DNA of 64,000 nt from the NCBI GenBank assembly GCA_041744215.1, contig JBGTLG010000030.1, forward strand, positions 98,971 through 162,970. Reading direction: 5' to 3'. The notes below the pieces were generated by a model. The model saw only the letters and a list, made by a program, of their open reading frames with translations. It was not told where the DNA came from and made no database searches. Made by a program: the position numbers and the translations under genes. Positions 10,248-19,191 of the stretch are shown here, piece after piece. Every line of letters begins with the position of its first letter. Positions within the stretch are counted from its first letter, which is position 1. This stretch comes from Fimbriimonadales bacterium. GTDB taxonomy: Bacteria; Armatimonadota; Fimbriimonadia; Fimbriimonadales; ATM1.

Positions 10248-11150
10248 TTACCAGACGCCTACGTCGCGCCAGTCCTGGGGACGGTCTCTCCAATTCTCCT
10301 TGACTTTGACGTAGAGCCCCAAAAAGACCTGATTGCCCAGGAGCTTCTCGATATCCTTCCGTGCCTCCTGGCCAATCTGCCTGACCATTCGCCCATCGTG
10401 TCCGACCAGGATTGGCTTCTGACTCTTGCGCTCAACAAAAATGGTTGCTTCTATCCGAGTCAGAGGCTTTTCGGTAGCGGGGTCTGCGTCCTCCCATGAG
10501 TCGATGTTTACGGCAATGCCATGGGGCACTTCTTCTCTCGTATGTCGAAGCGCCTTCTCGCGGATGAGTTCTGCCGCCATGTCCCGCGTGCTTTGGTTTG
10601 TGTAGAAATCGGGATCAGGATAGAGTGGATCGCCTTCGGGCAGCTTGACAATCAGCATCACCAGCAGCTTATCGATGTTCTCTCCAGTTACCGCGTTCGT
10701 ATACATCATCTCGGCAGGTTGGGTCAGCGCCTCATATGCCTCGTAATTGGCGACAACGTGTTCAGCTCGCAGTCGATCCATCTTGTTTAGTGCAACGACC
10801 ACGCGATTCATGCCGCGCTGCCGTAACAGCTCCGCGATTCTCCGATCCTCGGTCGAAGGAGGATTGCTAACATCGACTACAAAGAGGACAACATCGCACT
10901 CATCCACGGTTTGGACGCCTTCGTCGACCATCTTTTTCGCCAGTTTTGTGTGGGGCTCGTGAATACCTGGAGTGTCACGAAAAACAATTTGAGCTCCGGG
11001 TTTGTTTGCGACTCCAAGAATTGACTTTCTCGTCGTTTGGGGCTTTGGCGAAGTGATCGCTACCTTTTCGCCGACGACAAAGTTCATTAGCGTGCTTTTG
11101 CCGGCGTTTGGGCGACCCACGACCGCCACGGTGCCAGATCGGAAGGCCAT
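10248..11150 (-). CDS. era: GTPase Era
   Basis: GRPNAGKSTL, KPQTTR, DTPG, NKMD, ELIREK...EVPH and KH domain. Confidence 0.97.
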   Translation of the reverse strand: MAFRSGTVAVVGRPNAGKSTLMNFVVGEKVAITSPKPQTTRKSILGVANKPGAQIVFRDTPGIHEPHTKLAKKMVDEGVQTVDECDVVLFVVDVSNPPSTEDRRIAELLRQRGMNRVVVALNKMDRLRAEHVVANYEAYEALTQPAEMMYTNAVTGENIDKLLVMLIVKLPEGDPLYPDPDFYTNQSTRDMAAELIREKALRHTREEVPHGIAVNIDSWEDADPATEKPLTRIEATIFVERKSQKPILVGHDGRMVRQIGQEARKDIEKLLGNQVFLGLYVKVKENWRDRPQDWRDVGVW

Positions 11151-11153
11151 GGC

Positions 11154-14100
11154 CTATTCCTTCGCCCTAAACCTAACGCCTATCTTGCCGGGCGACTCCG
11201 CATCCTCAGATTTGGGCCTTTCCCTCGTCTTCGTGGGGCCAGTCTTCGAAGGTGCACGTGACCGGGGCTGGGGCTTGGGTTTAGGTTTAGGTTTCTGTTC
11301 GCTTCTTGTTCTTAACTGCCCGCGCGGCTTCGGTGCATCAACGGTGTCTTCCTCGTGCGTATCCTCCTCTTCCAAGGGCTGGTCGCCGAACATCACCATT
11401 AGTTCATCTGCGTCGCTCAATCCAACCAACGACACCTCGTGGTGGAAGGCGTCGTCGTCGAGCGTATCTGGTTCTTGATCTGGGATAGTCTCAAGTGTGA
11501 GCAAGGCATCGGAACTGAGATCCGCGAGACGATTGACTTCCTCTTCTTCGCCCACCAGAAGGACCTGAGTTGCCCCATCCGTTGCCTGGCTTCGGAAGTG
11601 GGTTGCGTCTGCGCTGACTATCTGGTTGCTGACGATATCGTACGCATGCAATCGATCTGGCAATGTCGCTGTTCTGTGACCCGAGCCCGAAAAGTGAATG
11701 CTGAGATGGGGTTTTCGCACATGCACAACGTCACCGTGGTAGTTCCATATCTGGACACCTGCCATTTGACAGAGACCTCGAATGATCTTTTCGTTCACGA
11801 GCGGCTCACCCAAAAACACGCTTCGCCAGGTTTGTGATTGATCTTCATCCGAGGTTATCTCTCGCACCACTAAGCTCGGCAGACCCGTCTGTGTATATTC
11901 TCCGAGCACAACGCATCCTTCTTCTGGTATTGCAAAGAAGCTGGGCTCAAGCTGATCAACGACGCTGAGAGCGCGTTCTTCGAGTAGTTCAGTAAGCGGG
12001 TGCTTTCTGTTAAGAATTGTGGTGCCCGCTCTGCTGCTAAACGGTTGCGGACGTATCGCGATCCCAGTGATCTCGCGCACACGTTCGAGCGCTGGTCGGC
12101 CCGACTCAAACTGCCCGGCCGAGTAGACCCAAAAGAGCGTCTTTCCGTCACGCTGCAGCCGATTCTTGATGGCCGCGCGGACTTCAGGACGTGTATCCCA
12201 GGCGTTTAGGAAGATGTAGATCTTTGCCTCTGGGAACCGAAGCCGATGGGCCAAGTCGCTAAGGAGGTAGAAACCAGCGCTAACCCCTGCCCTCAAGACG
12301 GCTTCACGTGAGTCTTGTATGAGCTGCTTGAAGGCTCTTTGGTCGCTCAGGTAGGCGATACTGCGCTCATCGATGAGGACCGCTACGTCAGGATCGGAAG
12401 CAGGCGCAGCCGTCGCTTTTATCAAAGCATCCCTCACTCGCCGTGCTCGCTGCCAAATCGCAGGTGTGTTTAGCCAACCGTTCCCCCATAGATCCATCCA
12501 CGCGATGCCGGTCCCGTGTGCCACTGCACTACCGAGTCCGCGCCAGTGGGCAGCTTCGAGCGCTTGCGGAGTTGCCATTGCAGGATTGAAGTCATCCGGT
12601 TCTGCGCCTTCACTAATCGGTGTCTTGAAGTCTTCTTCGCTTATGAACAGTTTCCCGTTTAGCGCAAAGCTGTCGATCGGTCCGGGAAAGGAAGCCGCGC
12701 CACCCATCTGTCTGTCGCGATAAGACGGCGGACCGCAGATGATATCAATCTCACGCGTTCGAAGCAACTTACCGAGACTGAGGTGTCCGCTTGCAGGGTG
12801 TGACCACTCGAAGGTGTACCCGTAGCTCACTGCAACGAGGAGCCGTCCTTCCGATGCTCGCTTCACTTCGTGCGCAAGGTTTTGGATGCGTGCAACGTGC
12901 GCGTCGCTGAGAAACAGATGGTAGTCCACCCATCTGCGTTCTTTCCTGCTTTCTCTGAGGAAGCTCTCGCCGGATATCGGTACTGTCCCAAACTCGGGAA
13001 TCTTCAGAGTGTCAAACCGCGCGCGCCCATCGAACCATGCGGCCTGAAGTGCAACAGTGTCGTTGCCGTATCTCCATCGCGCCCACAAGCGAAACGCATC
13101 TTCTGCTGATCTGCTCGTGTCGTATCCCCAACCATCGGCGAAGAACCACTCACCACGATCCAAGTGTATCCCGAGAATCCTGGCACCGTTCTCGAGTGAT
13201 AACAAGCCGCGGGCAAAAGCTCCGAGAAGTCGCTTTGCTTCACCCCAAAAGCTCTCATCCGAGACGCTCGGCTCTGCAAGTGTTCCATCTTGAAAGCGAA
13301 ATGCGGCGGATGGGAACCGCTTGTCCCAACCCGGCGCGCCGGCGAACACAACCCGGAACATCACTCTAGCCGCCGGATCGATCTCAACTACCCTGTTAAG
13401 AAGATACGTTGCTATGTCGAATGCATCTTGCACAAGATCGTTGTCGACCGGAAACTCAATCATCAAGCTGTGCACATGCACACCAGCATCTGCCGCTCTT
13501 GCAACTTCGGACAACACAATTTCGGCTCTGCGCTCATCACTTGGGTTGCCGAAGAATATGAACGGTGGTATGACTTCGTGCCCGATCACGATCGTCGGTC
13601 TGCCACCTATACGCGCGACTCGAGGTGCATCGACAGGTGTCGGAATCGGCGGATACTCTGGCGAAAACGGCTTCGGTTTCGGCTTAGTGGAGGGTAGCGG
13701 TTCTCTCTCTGCCGGCGCCCGCTTCGGCCGGACTGTCGCCTCTTTCCGACCTGCATTGTCGGAGCGTGACGTCCGCTTGCTCGTGACCGCCTTCTGCGGC
13801 CCTCGGGAACGTGTTTTCTCTACAGGCGGAGGCTGTTCGCCCTTAGCACGGAAACGAACTTTCAAGCCGATGCTTGCGGGCGCAGGGTCAGTCTGCTCGA
13901 TCGGGGCGATTTTCTCAGCCTCAGGCTTCTTCCTGGTGCGCGTCTTTAATGTAGGCTGCGCACCCGATTCGCTTATCGGCGGTGCCTCGGGTGCCGTCTT
14001 TCTCGCGCTGACGCGTCGAGCGGTCTTCGGCTTTTGTTCGTCGGCATCCTTGTTACGGGCACTCTCGGAAGTAGTCTTTGGTTTCGTCGTTCGAGTGCGC

Positions 14101-14183
14101 TTCGCTTTTGTCGCATCATCGTTTGACTGAGGCGCCGCCACTTCTTCAGTCAAAGCGTCCTCGTCATTTTTCTTTCTGGGCAT
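11154..14183 (-). CDS. Beta-galactosidase-like protein (GH42-like TIM barrel plus trimerisation domain) with long disordered N- and C-terminal tails
   Basis: Core has GEW, F-x-x-W-x-x-x-x-Y, P-x-SY-x-x-R, SEEDFKT and a KIYIFLN segment; no signal peptide; K/R/P-rich termini. Confidence 0.6.
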   Translation of the reverse strand: MPRKKNDEDALTEEVAAPQSNDDATKAKRTRTTKPKTTSESARNKDADEQKPKTARRVSARKTAPEAPPISESGAQPTLKTRTRKKPEAEKIAPIEQTDPAPASIGLKVRFRAKGEQPPPVEKTRSRGPQKAVTSKRTSRSDNAGRKEATVRPKRAPAEREPLPSTKPKPKPFSPEYPPIPTPVDAPRVARIGGRPTIVIGHEVIPPFIFFGNPSDERRAEIVLSEVARAADAGVHVHSLMIEFPVDNDLVQDAFDIATYLLNRVVEIDPAARVMFRVVFAGAPGWDKRFPSAAFRFQDGTLAEPSVSDESFWGEAKRLLGAFARGLLSLENGARILGIHLDRGEWFFADGWGYDTSRSAEDAFRLWARWRYGNDTVALQAAWFDGRARFDTLKIPEFGTVPISGESFLRESRKERRWVDYHLFLSDAHVARIQNLAHEVKRASEGRLLVAVSYGYTFEWSHPASGHLSLGKLLRTREIDIICGPPSYRDRQMGGAASFPGPIDSFALNGKLFISEEDFKTPISEGAEPDDFNPAMATPQALEAAHWRGLGSAVAHGTGIAWMDLWGNGWLNTPAIWQRARRVRDALIKATAAPASDPDVAVLIDERSIAYLSDQRAFKQLIQDSREAVLRAGVSAGFYLLSDLAHRLRFPEAKIYIFLNAWDTRPEVRAAIKNRLQRDGKTLFWVYSAGQFESGRPALERVREITGIAIRPQPFSSRAGTTILNRKHPLTELLEERALSVVDQLEPSFFAIPEEGCVVLGEYTQTGLPSLVVREITSDEDQSQTWRSVFLGEPLVNEKIIRGLCQMAGVQIWNYHGDVVHVRKPHLSIHFSGSGHRTATLPDRLHAYDIVSNQIVSADATHFRSQATDGATQVLLVGEEEEVNRLADLSSDALLTLETIPDQEPDTLDDDAFHHEVSLVGLSDADELMVMFGDQPLEEEDTHEEDTVDAPKPRGQLRTRSEQKPKPKPKPQPRSRAPSKTGPTKTRERPKSEDAESPGKIGVRFRAKE

Positions 14184-14277
14184 GATGTTGTCTTAAAAAA
14201 TCGTTTGTTCGTGCAGGGCCCCCTGTCGTGGAAGAAACGACCTGCGGGACCGCTTCGAAGTCCCTTGATTCTACCCT

Positions 14278-16563
14278 TTAGTAGCTCGGACCCGTGCCTC
14301 CACCTACTGGTTGTCCGAGCCTACCTGTACCAAACGCGGAATCAAATGGAAGTCCCTTGATCCTTATGAAGAAGGCGATCTGTCGCCCGGGACTGAAGCC
14401 AGTATTGTCCTCCAAAATTTGAAGGATAGCCTCCGTGCAGTGCATATCGTAGGCGAACGAGAACTGCCTCGAATCAAACTGCCGTGTGAAGCCATTCCAC
14501 TGAAGTAGCACGGATGCGCTGAGCCTGCCCCATCGAAGCGCGTCGGCAAACAGATTCACACTCCCCCACCGCCCGCTGCCTGCGTCATAGTTTGCCGATG
14601 CCGCAAACGTAAAGTCGCCTTGCCGGTACATTGTATCAAGCCTAACTGATCCCCACCGCTGAGCGAAGGCATTGTAGTTCGCAAGCGCGCGAAAACGGAA
14701 TCTGTCCGTCGGTTCATATTCCAAGCGGATCGCGGGTGACTGCCACGCAATCTGGCCCTCTCTTTCTCGGTTGATATCGTAGCCCGTCTGCCCTCCGATC
14801 TTCAAACCTTGTGCCGGATGCGCAAGCGCATCGAAGCTAACGACATTTGACCTGCCACCTCGATCGAAGAACAGTGGAGTAAATCCGTGTTGTCGCGTAT
14901 AGTTGTACCGGAGGTTGATCGAGAATGCTCGCTCATGCTGGTAGGTCGTGCGAATGTTCGCGCTTGGTGTGAACTGCGCTGTATTGTCGCCATATAACCC
15001 TTGCTTGAGTCCAGCGTCGTATTCTACGCCGAACCCATTGATGGGAACGCCTGTTTTTGTCGTCCTGAGGTCAAAGAACAAACGGGCGACCTGTAGACTT
15101 TGCGCATTGTCAATGAAGTTCCCTACCGATAGAAGTGCGGAGAAATTTGGGAAGTTTGCCTGTGGTCCGAGTAGCCGGGTCTTGTCGGTGCGAAAGGACA
15201 GCTCGGGAGCACGATCGATCCCTCCCAAAAAGCTCAGGTTTGTTCCGATCGGTATCGCACGGTTGAAGTCGAGTTGTGCGGAAAACCTTGGCATCGCGAG
15301 TGAGTCTTGGAAGCGCACATCTAACACTTTTCGCGTTGAGATTGTTGTTCCGCCAACGGATGCCCGCACCTCGGATAGGTTTAGATTGAGGCTCGTCGTG
15401 TGACGCGAATCCCAGCGTCGATAGTCGGAAAGGGAGAAGTTAGATTGGGTACTTCTGAAATCACCAGTTTCGTTTATCAAGTGGTTGAGGCCCAGACGCG
15501 AGGTGCCGTTTGTTCCCAGGAAGTTCGGGAGAAAGGCCAACCGAATATCAGTTAGCTTCGACGTCGGTCCACCGAAGAATCGAAAACTGCGGGATTCCAC
15601 ATTGCCATCAAACTCGCCGAATGAGAAGCGTTGGCGGTGCTTTGCGCTCGCACTGTATCGAATCGTGTTGAAGCCATCCTCAAATCCTGCAATCGCTCGC
15701 ACCTCCCCCTTGGACTCTGGCGTCGCATATAGATAATCGCCCCCGAGTGCGACTCCTTTCTTGGTCGTCAAGTCCGTCCGAAAGATGAATAGGTTCTGCC
15801 TTATTGCGAGGGGAAACTTGAATCGAAGGTAATAGCCGTCATCTATAGACTGTCCAACTTCTGGCAGATACTCTCTGGTACTGCGGTCCAGAGGGATGTC
15901 TAATCTCGGCAGACCAAAAACCGTCCGCCCGAGAACTCTCAGCCTCATATTCTTGAAAGTCAATCTGCGATCAGGAATGACGATCAACTCTTGAGTCTCA
16001 ATCTCGTAGTGCGGGCGATCGTAACTGCAGGTCGTAGCAGCGGCGATTCGCGCCTCCAAAAGCCCTTCACGTCCAGTCGCAGATTCCGCTCGGAGATAAA
16101 TGTCGGTCGTGATGAAGCCTTCCAGTCTTTGTGGCTTCACGTCTGCGGTTCCAGATTGCAACTTGAAGGTTCGATTCTGAAAGTCAATCTCCATGTATTC
16201 AGCTTTGACAGTTTCCGATTGTCCAACAACATCGACCTCACCGCGCAGTTGAAAGACATTGGTTTCCAAGTCTCCATGAACTTCTTTCGCGCGCACGTCA
16301 TAGCCTCGATACTCGAAGTGCGCCTCTGTCGCGACGATCTTGCCCTCAGCCAGTCGGTACTCTCGAAACGACTTAATCCTCAGAGTGTAAGAAGATGCGT
16401 CTGAGGGCGGAGGCAGCCTCTGGTCTCTTGCCGAAGGATCCGTGCTCAATGTCGGCTGATTGCCGCGTTGCTGTTCAACCGGGCTAGTAGTCGGGGGCTC
16501 CTGACCAGCCGCGGCCATCGACACCGACGCGACGACGAAAGCCGAGACTATTCGGAGCGCCAT
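14278..16563 (-). CDS. LPS-assembly protein LptD/OstA-like outer-membrane protein
   Basis: Signal peptide, beta-jellyroll with TTC..DRPHY, long amphipathic beta-strand region, C-terminal YDMHC; follows an lptF/G gene. Confidence 0.75.
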   Translation of the reverse strand: MALRIVSAFVVASVSMAAAGQEPPTTSPVEQQRGNQPTLSTDPSARDQRLPPPSDASSYTLRIKSFREYRLAEGKIVATEAHFEYRGYDVRAKEVHGDLETNVFQLRGEVDVVGQSETVKAEYMEIDFQNRTFKLQSGTADVKPQRLEGFITTDIYLRAESATGREGLLEARIAAATTCSYDRPHYEIETQELIVIPDRRLTFKNMRLRVLGRTVFGLPRLDIPLDRSTREYLPEVGQSIDDGYYLRFKFPLAIRQNLFIFRTDLTTKKGVALGGDYLYATPESKGEVRAIAGFEDGFNTIRYSASAKHRQRFSFGEFDGNVESRSFRFFGGPTSKLTDIRLAFLPNFLGTNGTSRLGLNHLINETGDFRSTQSNFSLSDYRRWDSRHTTSLNLNLSEVRASVGGTTISTRKVLDVRFQDSLAMPRFSAQLDFNRAIPIGTNLSFLGGIDRAPELSFRTDKTRLLGPQANFPNFSALLSVGNFIDNAQSLQVARLFFDLRTTKTGVPINGFGVEYDAGLKQGLYGDNTAQFTPSANIRTTYQHERAFSINLRYNYTRQHGFTPLFFDRGGRSNVVSFDALAHPAQGLKIGGQTGYDINREREGQIAWQSPAIRLEYEPTDRFRFRALANYNAFAQRWGSVRLDTMYRQGDFTFAASANYDAGSGRWGSVNLFADALRWGRLSASVLLQWNGFTRQFDSRQFSFAYDMHCTEAILQILEDNTGFSPGRQIAFFIRIKGLPFDSAFGTGRLGQPVGGGTGPSY

Positions 16564-17639
16564 ATCGCCACCAGAGCTGCGAGCAAGAACAAGACGTTAG
16601 GCGCCCAAGCTCCGACCGCGACGGGCAAAAGCGCATGATTCCGAGCCAGCACTTGCGCAAGCAGAACCCAAAGATTGTAATAAATGACGACAGCAATCAC
16701 GCTGACCAGGACTCCGACGAAAGCGCCGCCACGGGCGAATCGAATGGCAAACACAGGGCCGAACAAAGCAAACACTAGACAGGAAAACGGTATCGCATAT
16801 CTGCTTTGGAGTTCCAACTCGTACTCTCTCGCTTGATCGAAGATCCCTCGCGATTTTAGTTCGGTCACCGTACGGCTCAACTCACCTGCTGTCTGCTCAT
16901 CTGGGAGTGGTGTACCAAAGAAGGCGTCGATGGCAATTCGTTGGCTGATGATGTGCCGATCACGAACCTCAAACTGGATGAGCCTCGTTCCTTCGAATTG
17001 ATACACGACCGGCCGCTGCAAAGTGAGTAGTCCATCACCGTAGACTCCATCGTCAGCCATCATGAACCAGTATTCGCCGCGCTTGGGGTGATGAAAGAGA
17101 AAGACGTTGCTCAGCATCACCTTGCCACTCTCACCTTTTTGTATCGCGCCGATCGACACGTGGTAGCGACCATCGTCAAACTTCAGGATGACGTTTGATC
17201 GCACACCGATCGCTTCAGCACTCATCATGATCTTTCGAAATGTATCTTTGAACCGCGCCTCCGTTATTGGCATAACGCGCTCAACAAGATAGAAGTTGAG
17301 ACCTGCTGCCAGCAAGCCCAAGAAGACTACTGGAACCAGCACACGTCTGATCGCGATTCCCGCAGCTCGCATAGCAGTGAGCTCGCTTTCCCGGGTCAGC
17401 CTCGTAAGCGCCAACGAGGTGGCGATCGTCGTGCCAACCGGGAGCGTCAGCTTGAGTGTGCTCGGAATGCTAAAGACCAGCAGTTGGCCAACCGCCGACC
17501 ACGGGACGTCTTTTGAGAACAGTTGCTCTGAGTAGGTGATCAGCGTGTTCGCGAGGAACATCAGCACGACCGCGCCCGTGCCGATGATGAACGGCACCAG
17601 CAATTCTTTGAAGACATAGCGGTCGAGGATTCGAATCAA
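16548..17639 (-). CDS. LptF/LptG-family LPS export permease
   Basis: ILDRYVFKE, RESELTAMRAAG, AIPFSCLVFALFG, AWAPN; TTG start overlaps the upstream stop codon. Confidence 0.9.
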   Translation of the reverse strand: MIRILDRYVFKELLVPFIIGTGAVVLMFLANTLITYSEQLFSKDVPWSAVGQLLVFSIPSTLKLTLPVGTTIATSLALTRLTRESELTAMRAAGIAIRRVLVPVVFLGLLAAGLNFYLVERVMPITEARFKDTFRKIMMSAEAIGVRSNVILKFDDGRYHVSIGAIQKGESGKVMLSNVFLFHHPKRGEYWFMMADDGVYGDGLLTLQRPVVYQFEGTRLIQFEVRDRHIISQRIAIDAFFGTPLPDEQTAGELSRTVTELKSRGIFDQAREYELELQSRYAIPFSCLVFALFGPVFAIRFARGGAFVGVLVSVIAVVIYYNLWVLLAQVLARNHALLPVAVGAWAPNVLFLLAALVAIWRSE

Positions 17640-18418
17640 TAGGCAGGGCTTCGGAGTATACGGTATAGCACCAACCCAGAAAGGGTCAACAGCCCGAGAA
17701 TCGCGGGGACGGCGTAGGCAGCCGCCAGCGAGAAGGCCAGCGCCGGGGCTACCACCAGGCTTGCCACCGCAACCAGCCAAAGCCAGAAGACCTTCAAGGG
17801 CGTGCCTTTTAGCACTTGGCCGCCACCAGCCAAGTTGATGAGGAGGGCAACTTTACAGTGCTGACAGTATCTCTCGCTCGGCTTGTTAGTAGCGTTGCAC
17901 TTTGGGCATCGAACATCTCTCTGCGAGACGGTTTTGCCATGGAGTGCCCGCCAACTCTCCAGGGTACGGCGCTCGTCCTCGAGCAGGTTTGGGGCGACGC
18001 CAACCGCTTCGTCCATCAATGCGACTGCAGACCCCACCATGCCACGTTTGTAGCACATTCTTGCAAGTTGGACTTTTGCGCCAACGTTTGTATTCTTGGT
18101 ATCGAGTTGCCTGTACGCTGACCGCATGATGTCAAGGTCAATCATTAGGTGCGCTCGTCGATTTAGCTGGCCCCTAACGAGCGGATACATGCCTCCTGCT
18201 ACCAAAAGTGAAAAGCACGCTGCCATCGCAATTGCGACGTGGGAGGTTGTTACTGCGAGCACGCACAGTCCGAAAACGAGCCCGATGGAAAAGAACCCCT
18301 CTACGTTTCCAATCTCGTCAGAAATCATCCAGCCAATGATCGAAACGACCCATGCGGCAGCTGGGATCATTGAGACGATCGCAAAAGGAAGTACGGGATT
18401 CTCAAGAACGCTTTCCAT
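17636..18418 (-). CDS. Membrane protein with TPR-like helices and a CxxC-x10-CxxC zinc ribbon
   Basis: Three N-terminal TM segments, AKVQLARMCYKRG, CPKC...CQHC, two C-terminal TM segments. Confidence 0.7.
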   Translation of the reverse strand: MESVLENPVLPFAIVSMIPAAAWVVSIIGWMISDEIGNVEGFFSIGLVFGLCVLAVTTSHVAIAMAACFSLLVAGGMYPLVRGQLNRRAHLMIDLDIMRSAYRQLDTKNTNVGAKVQLARMCYKRGMVGSAVALMDEAVGVAPNLLEDERRTLESWRALHGKTVSQRDVRCPKCNATNKPSERYCQHCKVALLINLAGGGQVLKGTPLKVFWLWLVAVASLVVAPALAFSLAAAYAVPAILGLLTLSGLVLYRILRSPAY

Positions 18419-18498
18419 GCTCAGTCGTTAAACGCGCGACCGCGCCAAACGTCGGACGGAGTCGCGTACACCGTAGGTTCCCAGACGGTTTGGAAATT

Positions 18499-19191
18499 CT
18501 ACTTTGTTTCTTCGGATAGCGGGGCATCGCGGGAGTGCTGTGGTTCAGGCAATTCGTTGCCGTCCGGTGCCACGGTAGAATTTTTCCGCCCAAACTTGTA
18601 CTCGGTTCCCTTCAGCAAGCGATCAATGTTGGAGCGGTGCTTATAAACAAGCAATGACGCCGCAACGCAGTAAAGGCCCCATGCGAGGATCGGCGCGCCT
18701 AGCAGGTACGCCGTCACGGGCGCGGTGATAACGGCAACTATGCTGGCAAGACTTACATAGCGCGTGAGAACAAAGGTAGTTAGCCAAACCGCGAACGTGA
18801 GCCCGCCGGCCAAAGGCGTAGTCGCCAGGACGACACCAAGCGCCGTCGCGACTCCTTTGCCACCGCGAAAACGGAGAAGCGGTGAAAATGTGTGGCCCAT
18901 GACCGCGCACAACCCAACAAGGATCGCTGCGCTTGGGGAGAACCCGTCGACGCCGAGATAGTGTCCACCTAGTAGGGCAGGAACATATGACTTCAGCACG
19001 TCGAGAATGAAAGCAGGCAGGCCAAGTTTCGGACCACAGATTCTCCAAACGTTCGTCGCGCCGATGTTGCCGCTGCCGACCTTCCTCAGATCGACGCCTC
19101 GAGTCATCGCGAGCCATAGTCCGAACGGCAGAGAGCCAATTAGGTAAGAGCCGACGCACGCGACCGACCAAGCGAGCACGTTGCTCGTCAT
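18499..19191 (-). CDS. plsY: Glycerol-3-phosphate acyltransferase PlsY
   Basis: YLIGSLPFG, GSGNIGATN, GH..SP..F.GGKGVAT, YVSLAS, HRSNI. Confidence 0.97.
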   Translation of the reverse strand: MTSNVLAWSVACVGSYLIGSLPFGLWLAMTRGVDLRKVGSGNIGATNVWRICGPKLGLPAFILDVLKSYVPALLGGHYLGVDGFSPSAAILVGLCAVMGHTFSPLLRFRGGKGVATALGVVLATTPLAGGLTFAVWLTTFVLTRYVSLASIVAVITAPVTAYLLGAPILAWGLYCVAASLLVYKHRSNIDRLLKGTEYKFGRKNSTVAPDGNELPEPQHSRDAPLSEETK

